Shown here: piece after piece, positions 34,192 to 45,152 of the stretch
How positions within the stretch are numbered: the stretch's first letter is position 1
Layout of the letters: every line of letters begins with the position of its first letter
Source of the DNA: an uncultured Gammaproteobacteria bacterium
Lineage (GTDB): Bacteria; Pseudomonadota; Gammaproteobacteria; CAWCPV01
Length of the DNA stretch: 64,000 nt
NCBI GenBank assembly: GCA_963797555.1
Contig: CAWCPV010000003.1
Coordinates: 288,001-352,000 of the forward strand
Reading direction: 5' to 3'
Made by a program: the position numbers and the translations under genes
Notes under the pieces: generated by a model
Told to the model about the DNA's origin: nothing
The model's input: only the letters and a program-made list of their open reading frames with translations
The model's database searches: none

Positions 34192-35306
34192 TGTATAGCT
34201 CCGATTTCTCTGGACACGAGGGGAAGTGATACTTGAGGTGTCATGCAGAGAAGATTGGAGATGGCCAAGAAGTCCGCGTTGAGCCCTGCAGGGCATTCGC
34301 AGCTTGTGTTGCGGCTGTTGAGCAAGGAAGAGTCGGCGGCCCAGATCGCGCGCCGGGCTGGGGTGTCGGAGCAGAGCCTGTAGCGCTGGCGTGATGAGTT
34401 TCTGAGCGCCGGCAAACAGGCGCTGGCCGGACGGGATGCCGACCGGGAGCAGGCATTACAAGCACATTGCGGTGGTGGCGCGTCGCCAGGGTTTGGCAGT
34501 GAGCAACAAGGTGGTCTACCGGGTGTTCAAGGCCGCCGGGCTGTTGCAAAAGCGCCGGGTACGCGAAGCGGCACTGTATCAGGCGGCGCGTCTGTTCGAG
34601 CTGCTGCCCTCCAAGCCGAACGAGCTGTGGCAGGCCGATGTCACTTATCTGCACATCCCGGGACACGGGTGGTGGTACGCGGTCACCGTCATCGACTACT
34701 ACTCGCGTTACCTGCTTGCCTGTCACTTCACGGCCAGCTACAGCGCGCCGGAGGTCGCCGCCGCCCTCGATAGCGCCCGCGCCGAAGCCGAGCGGCTGCA
34801 CGGACCCCTGGCGAAGCCCCCGTTCTTGGTGACCGACAACGGCTCAAGCTTCCTCGCCCGGCACTTCCAACGGCACATCGACGGGCACTACACCCATGTG
34901 CGCATCCAATACCGCACCCCGACCCAGCTCGGGCTGCTGGAGCGCTTTCATCAGACGCTCAAGACCCGAGGAGGTTACTGGAACCTCTACCAAAGCCCAG
35001 GCGAGGCACGAGCCTCTTTGGAGCGGTTCCGAAGCCGCTACAACGAGGTGCGACCCCACTGGGCGTTGCTCCCCGTGGGCGGGGGTGACCCGTTCACTCC
35101 GGCCGATGTCTATGTCCAGGGGCAAGCAAAGTCCAGCTCCCAAAGTGGCAAGGCTGGGCGAAAGCGGCCAGAGAGAAGCTCAAGCAGATGGCCGAAGGCG
35201 CTCACCTGCCCCTCGGGGCTGAGGCCTCGGAAGCGGTCTCCTGATACCGGTGAGTACTCTCACAAAATCAGGTCGGACGTGTCCAGTTGATTTCGGAGCC
35301 AAGACA
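34192..35306 (+). mobile_element. IS3-family element, degenerate
   Basis: TG..CA IRs (gctccga..ctggacacg); WQADVTY, TDNGS, ERFHQTLK. Confidence 0.85.
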
Positions 35307-35362
35307 GGGTGGTCTGAAGGAAGACCGAGCGTAAGTGACGGTGCAAAAACAAGTAAAACATT

Positions 35363-36626
35363 TTATGAAAATGATCCGCTGGGATCCACCACATAGTTCC
35401 ACTGTCCGAGAACTTCATCGTGGCGAATAAATTTGTCTTTAATAGCGTGGAATGTATCGGAGCACTTCCGCCCCAGTGCGTAGCTTGTGTCGAGAATACG
35501 GGCGGTAACCCGCAAGCCAGTTTTGGTATGGGTACGCTCTACGGTTTCCAGTGCGGTCTGGGGTGAGTCCAGGATGACGCCGCGCCAGGATCGCTCGACG
35601 TGGCTGAACAAGCGGTGCTCAATGGGATTCCACTTGGTAAGTATAAGGCGGGTAGTGCGCGATACGCAGGCGACGCCCCAAGCGCTTGGCGAGCGCCACG
35701 AGGTCTTCCTTGAAGCGATGGGAGCGCGCGGCGTTGGCGCCGCCGGCGTCGCAGAGCAACAGGATCTCCTCAGCCTCGGGGCAATGGGCGCGGCGGTCCT
35801 CCTCCCACGCCAGTGCGATGGCCTCGCAGACGAACGCACTGGTTTCCCGCGAGGTGCCCAGCGTCAGGAAGCCGACGTTGGCGAAGTAGTCGTAAACGCC
35901 ATGGGGCACCAACAGACCGCTGGCCAGGTGACGAAAATCGTGATCGTACACGTACTGCTCGGCGCTTCTGTAGCATTGCCCACGCCGATACCGGGCGCCG
36001 AGCAGCTCCTTCTTCTTGGTATCGGCAGACAGCACCGGGATGCCCCGGCGCCGGGCCAAACGAGGCAACGCATCGATATAACGAAACTGTTGGTCGCGCT
36101 CGCGCGGGTCGACCTGTCCGGTGATCAACTCCTTGCGCAGGGAACGACGCCGATAGCCGGCCCGCTCCAAAAGTTGCGCCGCCGTGTTGCGGCCGATCTC
36201 GTAGCCACGTTGGAGCAGTTCCTGCGCCAGTTCCAGCGGTTTCAGATCCGTCCAACGTACCGTCTCGTCGGTCGGACTGCCGGCGCTGTGGGCTTCAAGA
36301 ATGTCGCCGACCGTCGCCTCCAGCCCCGCGTGGCGTTCGGTGATCTTCGGTCGACCACCGCCTGGCCGCCGGATGCGCTTGGCATCGCCACTGGGACGCC
36401 CCGGGTGTTCGGGATCGTCGTTGCGCATCTCCTCCAACTCGCGAATCCCGGTGTAGATCGTGCACCGGCTCATGCCCAAGACCCGCGACACGTAGGCGAT
36501 GCCGCCGAAACCGATCTTCAACGCCTCAAGCGCCGCGTAGCGCCGCCGATGGTCCTCCGGCAACGAACGGCAATAGAGCCTCATGAATTCTTCGTGCGAC
36601 GCTTCATAACCGGGAAACTCGTTCAT
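35363..36626 (-). pseudogene. ISAzo13-family transposase (frameshifted)
   Basis: RIRRPGGGR, DTKKKE, CDAGGAN, HYPPY..KWNPIEHRLFS. Confidence 0.88.
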
Positions 36627-36842
36627 GGCGTTACCCACGGACTGGGCTAAGCAGACATCATGTTTGCATCAATATTGTTCCCGTTCAAGCAACTATCGGC
36701 CCAGGTCCAGACTCTACACCACGAAAGCTGGATAACTTGTTAGTGAACCGTTCCTAAAGATGCGAGCCGACCTACCCGAGTTTGCCCCGTCTCCTGACAC
36801 GGACCCGTCGTGTACTGGGGCTGGAATGGCTGAACACGTTGC

Positions 36843-36896
36843 GGGAGTTGGTGGGCGATGCTGGGTTCGAACCAGCGACCCCTGCCGTGTGAAGGC
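36843..36896 (-). repeat. att site: duplicated 3' part of tRNA-Val
   Basis: Matches 46659-46712. Confidence 0.95.
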
Positions 36897-37352
36897 GTTT
36901 TTGACCCACTGCAAGACTAAGGCCGTCGCTACTGTGGCAACGGACATTAGTAGACGCTTGTGCACCAAAGTAGCCCGAAATATATTCAACTTGCACTTAC
37001 ATAGCACTTACGGTTGGGACGCTGCCGTTGCACTTACTGCGCGGGCGCGGCTGGTGAGGCCAGTTGACGCGAGGAAAAATTGCCGTCAACATGGGAACGC
37101 GACTGTGCTATGACCCCCGCACGGATGGCGGGGCGAGTCAGCGTCGGGTTTCGCGCGTCATCGAGCGCGCTAACTTGTCAGCGCACCTGACAACTTTTTG
37201 GCCGCCCGTTAGAGACTGAGTACGTTCAGCCAGGGCCTAGATTCTCTCCCGGGCGGGGGATTCAGGCACTGGTGCGTCCGTCTTTGAAGGACCCATAAGC
37301 CGATCCTCTTCGCCCTGGGGGATCGGCTTTTCGCGTTTTGAGGGTCTAACCA

Positions 37353-37580
37353 ATGGGCGATCGTTCGCTTTCCCGCCGCGGGATGACTTCCGTCGAGGCG
37401 GCCGAATATCTCTCTGTCAGTGATTCCTTTTTGCGGCGCTCGCGTTGCGAAGGCGACCGCGAAGGCCGCGCGGCCGGGCCACCTTGGTCCAAGATCGGCC
37501 GACGCATCATCTACGCGATAGCCAGACCTGGACAGCGTGGTTGGCTCGCACCGCCGCACCAGTCCCACCAAGGCTGCCTG
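37353..37580 (+). CDS. AlpA/HTH_17 excisionase-like protein (frameshifted; end approximate)
   Basis: EAAEYLSVS...GPPWSKIGRRIIY. Confidence 0.75.
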
Positions 37581-37726
37581 ACCATGGCCGCCGATCGCCG
37601 CTACACCCCGCCTCCACCGCAGGCAGACCGCCGCCGCCCTGGACCGCCACCGGAGCGGCCCCGGCACCGCTCCGAACGGTTGCCGCGCGTGCCGACACCG
37701 GCGCTGAAGAAGAAAGGGCGCATGTC

Positions 37727-38014
37727 ATGAGCGCCACCAGGAGCGCTCGGGGCGACCCCGGGCCCCAGAACGACGACGGCCCCGAGGCTGGGCACCTCGA
37801 GGCCGCGGAGCAGACAACACCGACGCCTCAGGATACCACAACTTGCGCCGCGTGCGAACGCCCGGCCGCCCCAGGGCGCATCCTCTGCGCGCAGCACCAG
37901 CGCGATCTCACCCGCCTTCCATGGCGCTGCTCAGTCTGCGGTGAGCCCAACGACGGCCGCGAGAGCGGGCTGTGCTTGCGGCACCTACGCGAAGTCAGTG
38001 GGTGGCCGACATGA
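37727..38014 (+). CDS. small Cys-rich protein
   Basis: CAAC..LCAQH..CSVC..LCLRH; homolog at about 58980-59150. Confidence 0.55.
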   Translation: MSATRSARGDPGPQNDDGPEAGHLEAAEQTTPTPQDTTTCAACERPAAPGRILCAQHQRDLTRLPWRCSVCGEPNDGRESGLCLRHLREVSGWPT

Positions 38015-39934
38015 GCAAATCCCTATATGAACGCGGCCTGGAGCTGGACCGTGCGGAGGCCAAGGTCGACGCTGCCCGCAAACGCCGTGAGCGGCGCAAG
38101 GCCAACGGGGCGGGCGAGGCCCCGGCGACCGACGCGGATGGCAGGCCGGTTATTCACTGGGTGGGTGGTGCGCTTGAACAAGCGGTGTCCGCTGCCGAGG
38201 CCGCCATCCTGGCCGACGGAGGGGAGGCCATCTACCAACGCGCGGGATCATTGGTGCGCGTGGTACGGCTGCCGTCCGGCACCGTTCGAGGATTCAAGCG
38301 CCCCGATGGCACGCTGGGCATCCTGCCCGTGGAAGCCGGCTATCTCACGGAGCGGTTCAGTGTGGCCGCTAGTTGGGTACGCTGGGACGACAGGACGATC
38401 GATGGGTGGAAGCGGATCGCCCCCCCGCCCAAGCGGCGAATACCTACCTGGCTCGGAGCGGGAAGTGGAGCGTGCCAGCACTCACGGGGCTGGTCGCGAC
38501 ACCCACGCTGCGCCCGGATGGAAGCCTGCTGAGCCTCCCTGGGTACGACGAGGCGACCGGGCTGCTGTACGTGCCGGGAGGACTCGTATGTCCTTCGATA
38601 CCCGATCATCCGACCTATGAGGACGCGCGAGCCGCGATCGAGGTACTGCGCGAGCCGTTGGCGGGCTTCCCGTTTGCCGACACGCAAGCCATAGCGTCGT
38701 ACTGTCCGCAATCCTCACGGCGCTCTGCCGCCATGCGCTGCGCTCGGCACCGCTGCTCGGCTTCGATGCGACCGTCATGGGGAGCGGCAAGACTCTTCTG
38801 GCCGACGTGGTGGCGATGATAGCCACCGGCCGCCGAGCTGTCATCATGGCGCACTCGCCCCAACCCGAAGAGGAACGTAAGCGCCTGCTCTCTGTGCTGT
38901 TGGATGGCGCGCCGCTGGTGGTGGTCGACAACATCGGGGCGACGTGGACATCCGACGCGCTGTCCGCAGTTCTGACCGCGGAGACCTTCAAGGATCGCGT
39001 GTTGGGGGCGAACCGCATGGTAGAGGCACCTACGGCGGTTACCTGGCTCGCGACGGGGAACAACCTGACGTTTGCCGGAGACCTGGCAACGCGCGTGTTG
39101 GTGGCTCGCATCGAGCCTCAGTGTGAGCGCCCCGAGGAGCGTCGGTTCGAGCGCGATCTCTATGACTGGATACCACGGCACCGGGGAATCCCGGTGGCCG
39201 CCGCACTGACCATCCTGCGCGCATACCAGGAGTCGGGCAGGCCAGACATGAAGGTGAAGCCATACGGACGCTTCGAGGACTGGTCGTCATGGATTCGATC
39301 GGCGCTCGTGTGGCTCGGGGAAGCGGACCCTTGCGATACACGCGGCAGTATCGAGGACGCTGATCCGGTGCGATCTCAATTGCGGGATCTGCTAGGCGCC
39401 TGGCATGAGCGTTATGGCACTTCCGCGGAGACGATAGCGCGCGCCATCGATGGCGGAGGAGACCCACTGCGTGCAGCAATGTATGCGATTGCCGGAGAGC
39501 GCAACGACATCAACACGCGAAAGCTCGGGCGTTGGATGCTGCGGCACAAGGGGCGCATTGTCGACGGCAAGAGCTTTGGCCAGCACCGGAGCGGGCACGC
39601 GGCGCGATGGGCTGTCGTGGTGACTCAAAAAGAAGGTAGCGGTTATTGCTCTAAATGCGGTTACCCCCATAGGGTGGATCAAAATTGTCAAAACAACACA
39701 GATAGTGTGGATAATAAAGAGACCGACAATTCTGGGGGGGTGAGTGGGGCAAACCGCAAACATACCAGTAACCGCAGACCCGAGACCCGCCAACCCGGCT
39801 CCGGCGACCACCTCGTGCGCTGCGCCGATTGCTCGCGTTACCGTTGGGCAGAGCGTTGCGGCGCCGGGCTGTACTCGGGCGATCCGTTGAAGCCTAGGGA
39901 CTGTCCCGAGTTCGAGGTGCGATCAGGCACATGA
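38011..39934 (+). CDS. primase-associated P-loop ATPase/helicase (frameshifted)
   Basis: TPTLRPDGS..GYD, GSGKTLLA, VVDNI, ATGNN, GDLATR. Confidence 0.75.
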
Positions 39935-39947
39935 TGGAGGTGCAACG

Positions 39948-40367
39948 ATGAAGACGTTTCCAAAGTTCGATGCTGCGAAGCAGGGGTTACCAGCGTGGTT
40001 CGTCTATCAGACCGAGCCGCTGGATTTTTTCTTTGGGTTGTCGAGCCTGGAGCATGCCGCGAAGGACGCGCTTGCGATGGATGATGGCTATGGGCGCGAG
40101 AGATTGATGACCTCGCTGGTGAAGCAGGCCATGGAGGCCGCTTATGTGGTCTCCAAGGCGAAGGGTTCCTATTGGGAAGGAGACATTCGGGCGAGTGAGT
40201 TGTACGTTTTCGGAATACCGGACCCGGAGAACCATGGTGTGCGGCATGGATTCATCTGGAAACAGGACAACAACGGTACGACGTTCATCGTGAGTCCCGT
40301 ACAGATTCCTTGGCTAGAGGATAGCCTGTTGGTGGAGCAGCCACGCACCGGGACAGCCGGCGCATGA
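39948..40367 (+). CDS. hypothetical accessory protein
   Basis: RBS ggagg; WEGDIR..WKQDNNGTTF. Confidence 0.7.
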   Translation: MKTFPKFDAAKQGLPAWFVYQTEPLDFFFGLSSLEHAAKDALAMDDGYGRERLMTSLVKQAMEAAYVVSKAKGSYWEGDIRASELYVFGIPDPENHGVRHGFIWKQDNNGTTFIVSPVQIPWLEDSLLVEQPRTGTAGA

Positions 40368-40392
40368 CGTTCAACACGAGAGGGCAACCGAC

Positions 40393-40872
40393 ATGACGAA
40401 GAAGGACAAGACAGCCGTTCACAAAAAAGCGCGGGATGTGCGAATCGGCGGGCCGATCGCCCCAATGATTGTGGCGCTTGAGTGTGATCCTACGGGGGAC
40501 AATTGGCGCGTTTGCGGTGTGTGCGGCCGGGACATGAAAGACGACTACGGGGTGGTTGCTGAGGCCAAGCGAACGCTCTGGGATGCCGATGATTTTGTGG
40601 TGTGCGAGCATTGCATCAAGGATGGCGATGTGCCGGAGAAGCTCATAAAGCGCGCCAAAGCTCTGGAAGACAAAGCCGCAGATCTGCGAAATCTGGCCGG
40701 CCGAATAGTGGTCCCGAGCTTCGAGGATTGGCAGCGTGCGAATTATCGGCACGACGCCGCGTTCTGCCGAGCGCGCGGGTATCCCGTGGAGACGTTCGAG
40801 GAATGGATCGCGAGGCGGGAGAAGATCAAGGAGGAAAAAGAGCCCGTGGACGATCACACGGGAGCGATGTAG
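40393..40872 (+). CDS. hypothetical protein with two CxxC motifs
   Basis: RBS; CGVC..CEHC, coiled-coil-like segment. Confidence 0.65.
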   Translation: MTKKDKTAVHKKARDVRIGGPIAPMIVALECDPTGDNWRVCGVCGRDMKDDYGVVAEAKRTLWDADDFVVCEHCIKDGDVPEKLIKRAKALEDKAADLRNLAGRIVVPSFEDWQRANYRHDAAFCRARGYPVETFEEWIARREKIKEEKEPVDDHTGAM

Positions 40873-41159
40873 TTCGTGAGTGACAGACCTTCGAGGAGTA
40901 TTGCGAGGGGCGGTGGGAAATGAGCCGAGTTAATGCCAGAGATCGGAGAGGGTTGGAGCACTTGTCTTATCATTCGACAAGTGTTTGTTGCAAAATGTTA
41001 CCAATTGGTAACACTTCTTCATGGTGCCGTGAAGAAGTTAGGAGCGCCAGATTGCCGAAGCGGATGGGACGGTGAGGCACCAAACAGTCATGCGGTCTAC
41101 TGTTACAAATGTAACAGTAGCGGTTCTGACTTATTCTGTGACCAGAGAGATCTTCAAAA

Positions 41160-41240
41160 GGTACTCCCGGCCTTCCCCAATTGCGGCGGCCAAGCCCGCG
41201 GAATCTCGCTAGCGTAACGTCCCCCTAGAGGGTTCCTTCC
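41160..41240 (+). other. putative cos site (B)
   Basis: ggtactcccggcc..gctagcgtaacg..tagagggttccttcc, conserved with A and C. Confidence 0.6.
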
Positions 41241-41798
41241 TTGGGAAAGTTGGTTAATAAGCGAGCATTGGCGGAGATTTTCGACATCAGCGAGCGGACG
41301 ATTACCGGGCTGTTGAAGCTCGGGTTGCCCATCGAGAAGCGCGCTGTTCGAGGCCGTCCGCACGTGTTCGACACGGCGCACGTGGTTGCTTGGTTGATCG
41401 AGCGTGAGGCCGCCAAGCATAAACCCAGCAGCAGCAACGGCGATGGGCGGCGCCTGGATTTGGATCAGGAACGAGCCATGCTCGCAGCCGCTGATCGCGC
41501 GTTGAAGGAACAAACCCTGCGCGCGCGGTCTGGCGAGCTTGTTTCCGCATCCTGGGTGCGGACTTCCGCTCGAGCGCTCTGTGGAACCGTTCGCGAGCGG
41601 TTCGAGGTCCTGCCGGATAGACTGTCTGCAATTCTCGCGGCCGAGAGCGACGAGCGCAAGATTTATGATCTGATGGCACGCGAGATACGCTTTGTGCTAG
41701 GTGAACTCGCTGAGGGTTCGAAAGCTTTCGGAGGTTCCGATGATGTTGAAAAGACTGAGCCCACTATGGACAGCGACGGCGCGGATCGTCCCGCCTGA
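41241..41798 (+). CDS. Nu1-like terminase small subunit
   Basis: VNKRALAEIFDISERTI..GLP..FDTAHVVAW..DQERAML. Confidence 0.8.
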   Translation: MGKLVNKRALAEIFDISERTITGLLKLGLPIEKRAVRGRPHVFDTAHVVAWLIEREAAKHKPSSSNGDGRRLDLDQERAMLAAADRALKEQTLRARSGELVSASWVRTSARALCGTVRERFEVLPDRLSAILAAESDERKIYDLMAREIRFVLGELAEGSKAFGGSDDVEKTEPTMDSDGADRPA

Positions 41799-41981
41799 GC
41801 ACCACGAAAAACTCCGCGCGCTGTTCGAGGTAATGGAAGAGCGCCTTGACGTAGAGTTGGATCTAACCGTCGCTCTCGTCGCAAAACAGGCGATAGCCGA
41901 TACCTTGGACGCTATACGAGCCGGATTCAGCGCGGGATTCGCACCACCACCACCACCGAAACACTGATAGGAGATCGCACC

Positions 41982-42194
41982 ATGCCAAAACTCGAATTAC
42001 TCGCCGAACTGTGGACGTGCATTGCGCCAAGGCTCAAGAAGGCGGACCTGGACGAAGCCCACGCTTCGTTCGTTCGCGTCGAGGCCGAGCTGGCCGCCCG
42101 GCTCTCTGCCCTGTTGGCGGGTGCGGTCAACGTCGAGGCCGGCGCCAAGCCTCCACCGAGGCCACCGACCGCCTCACCGGTTCCGCGAGCGTAA
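41982..42194 (+). CDS. conserved small satellite ORF
   Basis: RBS ggag; homologs in A and C. Confidence 0.65.
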   Translation: MPKLELLAELWTCIAPRLKKADLDEAHASFVRVEAELAARLSALLAGAVNVEAGAKPPPRPPTASPVPRA

Positions 42195-42294
42195 TACGGG
42201 AAGATCCGCGGATGTCGGGCGATGGCCATCAGCATCCGGATCGGTTCCGCCAACGTTGGCGGAACCATCATCCTACGCCCGCGGGACTAGCGCC

Positions 42295-42861
42295 ATGAGC
42301 CGCGATCGCCTCCACCGGCTTCTGACGCTGGCCGAGCGTTCCGATCCGGCGTTGCACGCGTGGTTCCGGGACGCGCTCGCCCGTTGGGAACACGGGCTCG
42401 CCATGGAGCAGGCCCTGGAGCTCCGAGGCGGTTCGGCCAGGGCGCTGCGCGACGCTGGCATCCGGCGCCTGGCTGAGCTGCTGGATTCGGACGGACGGCA
42501 CTCGAGGTGGCATACCGCGGGGCTGGTGGAGCGGGCGCTCGCTCGCCGGCACACCACCGGGGAGATCGGCGTACTGGTGGAGCAGATCATCCGATCGGGT
42601 TGCAGCGTGGTTCCGAAGCGGCGGCAGATCTGGTCCGTCTTGGGGGTGCGCGAGGAGGCGCAGGCGGCAGAGCGGCAGGGGGTGAGTCAGCAGACACTCA
42701 GTCGGGATTTACTCAAAAACAGTGTCATGACTCCAAAAGTTGGTAAACCTCGCCGGGTGAGTCAGCGGACGGTTAGGCGAGATATGGACAAAAACAGTGT
42801 CATGACTCCAAAAGTGTCCAAACCTCGCCAGCGCATCATCTACCAGATCAGCCGGGGCTGA
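42295..42861 (+). CDS. conserved pre-capsid ORF with 2x75-bp tandem repeat in its tail
   Basis: Homologs in A and C; repeat units start at 42680 and 42755. Confidence 0.65.
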   Translation: MSRDRLHRLLTLAERSDPALHAWFRDALARWEHGLAMEQALELRGGSARALRDAGIRRLAELLDSDGRHSRWHTAGLVERALARRHTTGEIGVLVEQIIRSGCSVVPKRRQIWSVLGVREEAQAAERQGVSQQTLSRDLLKNSVMTPKVGKPRRVSQRTVRRDMDKNSVMTPKVSKPRQRIIYQISRG

Positions 42862-42941
42862 GGTTTCGCAATTCTCCCCATCGCGTTTGCAAACCGACCC
42901 TGTTTCAATAGAGCCTCAGAATTTATCGCGAGGCGCCGCCA

Positions 42942-44012
42942 ATGCCCATGCCGAAGAGCACATCCCGGTTAACGAAACCGATCGCATTCTCCCGCGGAGA
43001 CGTTCGAGCCGCGATGGGCGATTGGCTCGCGTTACGCGCAGGACTTGTGCGTGCTGAGGAGGCTGATCCAATAGCGCAGGAGCTGCTAGATCCCCTAGCG
43101 CCTGCGAACCTCGCGGACGTGGCTTGCCACCTGTCAGGCCGCGGCAGTGGCGTCACAGCGCACGAGGCGGCACGAGAGTTTCACAGCACCGATTTTAGCG
43201 ACGCGCTGGCGGTCGGGCTGTCCCAGGTGGCTGGCGTTTCTTATGCTCGGCAGGCCGCTGAACATTCCGTCATCGTCAAGGATCTCACGGTGCCGGATCT
43301 CAGGCCCGTCGCATTCCCTGTCATCGACGTGGGCGAACTCACCGAGACGCCGAATGCTGGCGGACCTATCGAGTTCGCTTCGACATTCGCGAATGATGGC
43401 GTATTTGGCGCCGCCAACGTTTTCTCGGCACGTTTCCTGATTCCGCGCCGTTTGCTCGTCAACGATGACGCTGGCGTTGTCACGTTGGCGGTCGCTCAGC
43501 TATCCGGACATGCTGCTCGTCTCGAGGCCCAGGCCATCGCTGCGATTCTCGCGAGCAACCCGAACTTGGGCGATTCCGCGGCACTGATCGACACCGGAAA
43601 CACCGCGAGCGGCGGCATTGCGAATGCCACGGGATTAGCCGCCGCGGCTGGACTCATGAGGACTCGAGTTACTTCTGGCGGGAATGTCGCGAATGTGCGC
43701 GCGCGCTTCTGGCTGGTTGCTGGCGATGCTGAGTTTGCCGCGCTGACGACCCTTGGCGGTATCTATTCGGGAGGCCCGCTGCGGATCGAGGTGGCCACAA
43801 ATGCGTGGCTTCCGGCTGCGACTGCGAGTTATTTACTGGCGTCTCCAGACGACGCTCCGACATTCGTTCGTTTGGGTTTGACTTCACCACCGAAGCCGAG
43901 CGTAATTCAACGTCGCGCACCGCCCGGTTTCGACGGATTGGCGTATGTGATTGAGCACGTTTTCGGAATTGCGGCTGTTTCTCGGGATGGACTTGTGAAG
44001 GTAACGGCATAA
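42942..44012 (+). CDS. major capsid protein homolog (Mu gpT-like HK97 fold), intact
   Basis: HSTDFSDAL, IPRRLLVNDD.G, A..LE...LASN.NLGD, GLAAA...MR, RFWLV, YL.ASP. Confidence 0.72.
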   Translation: MPMPKSTSRLTKPIAFSRGDVRAAMGDWLALRAGLVRAEEADPIAQELLDPLAPANLADVACHLSGRGSGVTAHEAAREFHSTDFSDALAVGLSQVAGVSYARQAAEHSVIVKDLTVPDLRPVAFPVIDVGELTETPNAGGPIEFASTFANDGVFGAANVFSARFLIPRRLLVNDDAGVVTLAVAQLSGHAARLEAQAIAAILASNPNLGDSAALIDTGNTASGGIANATGLAAAAGLMRTRVTSGGNVANVRARFWLVAGDAEFAALTTLGGIYSGGPLRIEVATNAWLPAATASYLLASPDDAPTFVRLGLTSPPKPSVIQRRAPPGFDGLAYVIEHVFGIAAVSRDGLVKVTA

Positions 44013-44017
44013 CGGAC

Positions 44018-44290
44018 ATGAGCAGTTTGACACGAGTTCAAGCCCTAGCCGCTGCTCGGAGTTTCCAGCGCCATTCCGGGATTTGCCGACGCTGCGCCAC
44101 TGCGGTGGCTGCCGAGCTTCGCGATTCTGCTCCCGGTATCCCGGCGATTGCCGTTTGCGAATCCGGCGCGGTTGTGGTGGGATTGTTCGCGATGTTGACC
44201 GTCGACGGGGCGTTGCTCGTGCAGCCCTTGGACGTGACCGAGCTGCCGCCCGACACGACGTTCTGCCCGGCGCCGGAGCGCGTTCAATGA
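44018..44290 (+). CDS. small CxxC protein
   Basis: Coupled to capsid gene; homolog in A. Confidence 0.6.
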   Translation: MSSLTRVQALAAARSFQRHSGICRRCATAVAAELRDSAPGIPAIAVCESGAVVVGLFAMLTVDGALLVQPLDVTELPPDTTFCPAPERVQ

Positions 44291-44490
44291 ACCGCTGGGT
44301 TTTATGTCGTCGCACCAACGGCGCCCTGCGGCTGGTGCGCGAGGTCACAGAGTCGGAAGGACGAGCAATGGCCGCCGCTGACTCCACCTTGACCTTGATG
44401 CCCAGGGATGAGGCGATCGCTCTCTGGCTGTCTAAGCCGCGGTCCCAGGCCACCGGGAAGATTGCGGACGTGCCCGGCCGCCGCCGCTGA
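44287..44490 (+). CDS. small conserved ORF
   Basis: ATGA overlap; homolog 28123..28329. Confidence 0.6.
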   Translation: MNRWVLCRRTNGALRLVREVTESEGRAMAAADSTLTLMPRDEAIALWLSKPRSQATGKIADVPGRRR

Positions 44491-44829
44491 GCTGATTTTG
44501 CAGCACCCCGATCGGGACTCGTCCCCCCGATCGGGCTCACCTCTCCTGCATTTGCCCCGGCTAAGGTCGGGGCTTTTTTTGGGCGGTCGCCGCCATCGGG
44601 GAGCTACTCGGGGTGGACGTGCGGCAGGGGGAGCGGACGGACCTGGGTGGCACTGTCCCGCGCGCGGGACAGTTACCGCGGCAGACCGCATCGAAGTAAC
44701 CGCGCCATCATCGGGGAGCTGCTCGGGTTGGACGCCGTGCGCGGCAAACATACAGACCCAACATTGCGCGGCTGTGCAATGATACCGCCGAGCCACCGCC
44801 CGAACGATAAAACTTCACGGCGCCGTGAA

Positions 44830-45152
44830 GGCAGACCCCTCGCGCGCGGAAGCCACACCCCCTTGCTTAGTACAAAGCAAGGGGTCAACGGCAGACCCCT
44901 CGCGCGCGCGGAGCCACCTTCTGACCGTCCACCCGCGAAGCCTTGCGCTGGGCAGACCCCTCGCGCGCGCGGAGCCACCCTTTCAGGCCAGACTGCGGAC
45001 GGACGGCGAAAAGCAGACCCCTCGCGCGCGCGGAGCCACCCCAGCCATCCTTCCTCGACCAACTCCCGCGGAGGCAGGCGCGCGCGGAGCCACCCTTCCC
45101 ACAGGGTGCCGCTGCTCCGGTAGGTGAGCAGACCCCTCGCGCGCGCTAGCAC
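44830..45152 (-). CRISPR. orphan type I-E-like CRISPR mini-array: 6 repeats, 5 spacers
   Basis: 28-nt repeat GGCAGACCCCTCGCGCGCGCGGAGCCAC at 44830, 44890, 44951, 45012, 45073 (7-nt deletion), 45127 (degenerate); five unique 33-nt spacers; AT-rich region on the right. Confidence 0.85.

Noticed and set aside
44979-45011. Spacer shares ctgcggacg and gacggacggc with the region beside att A (20340-20360)
   Set aside because: Matches are short and not collinear
45058-45069. Spacer 45040-45072 (minus strand) shares gcgggagttggt with the att junction at 36841-36852
   Set aside because: Only 12 nt; about one such match is expected by chance for five spacers in 64 kb, and the rest does not align
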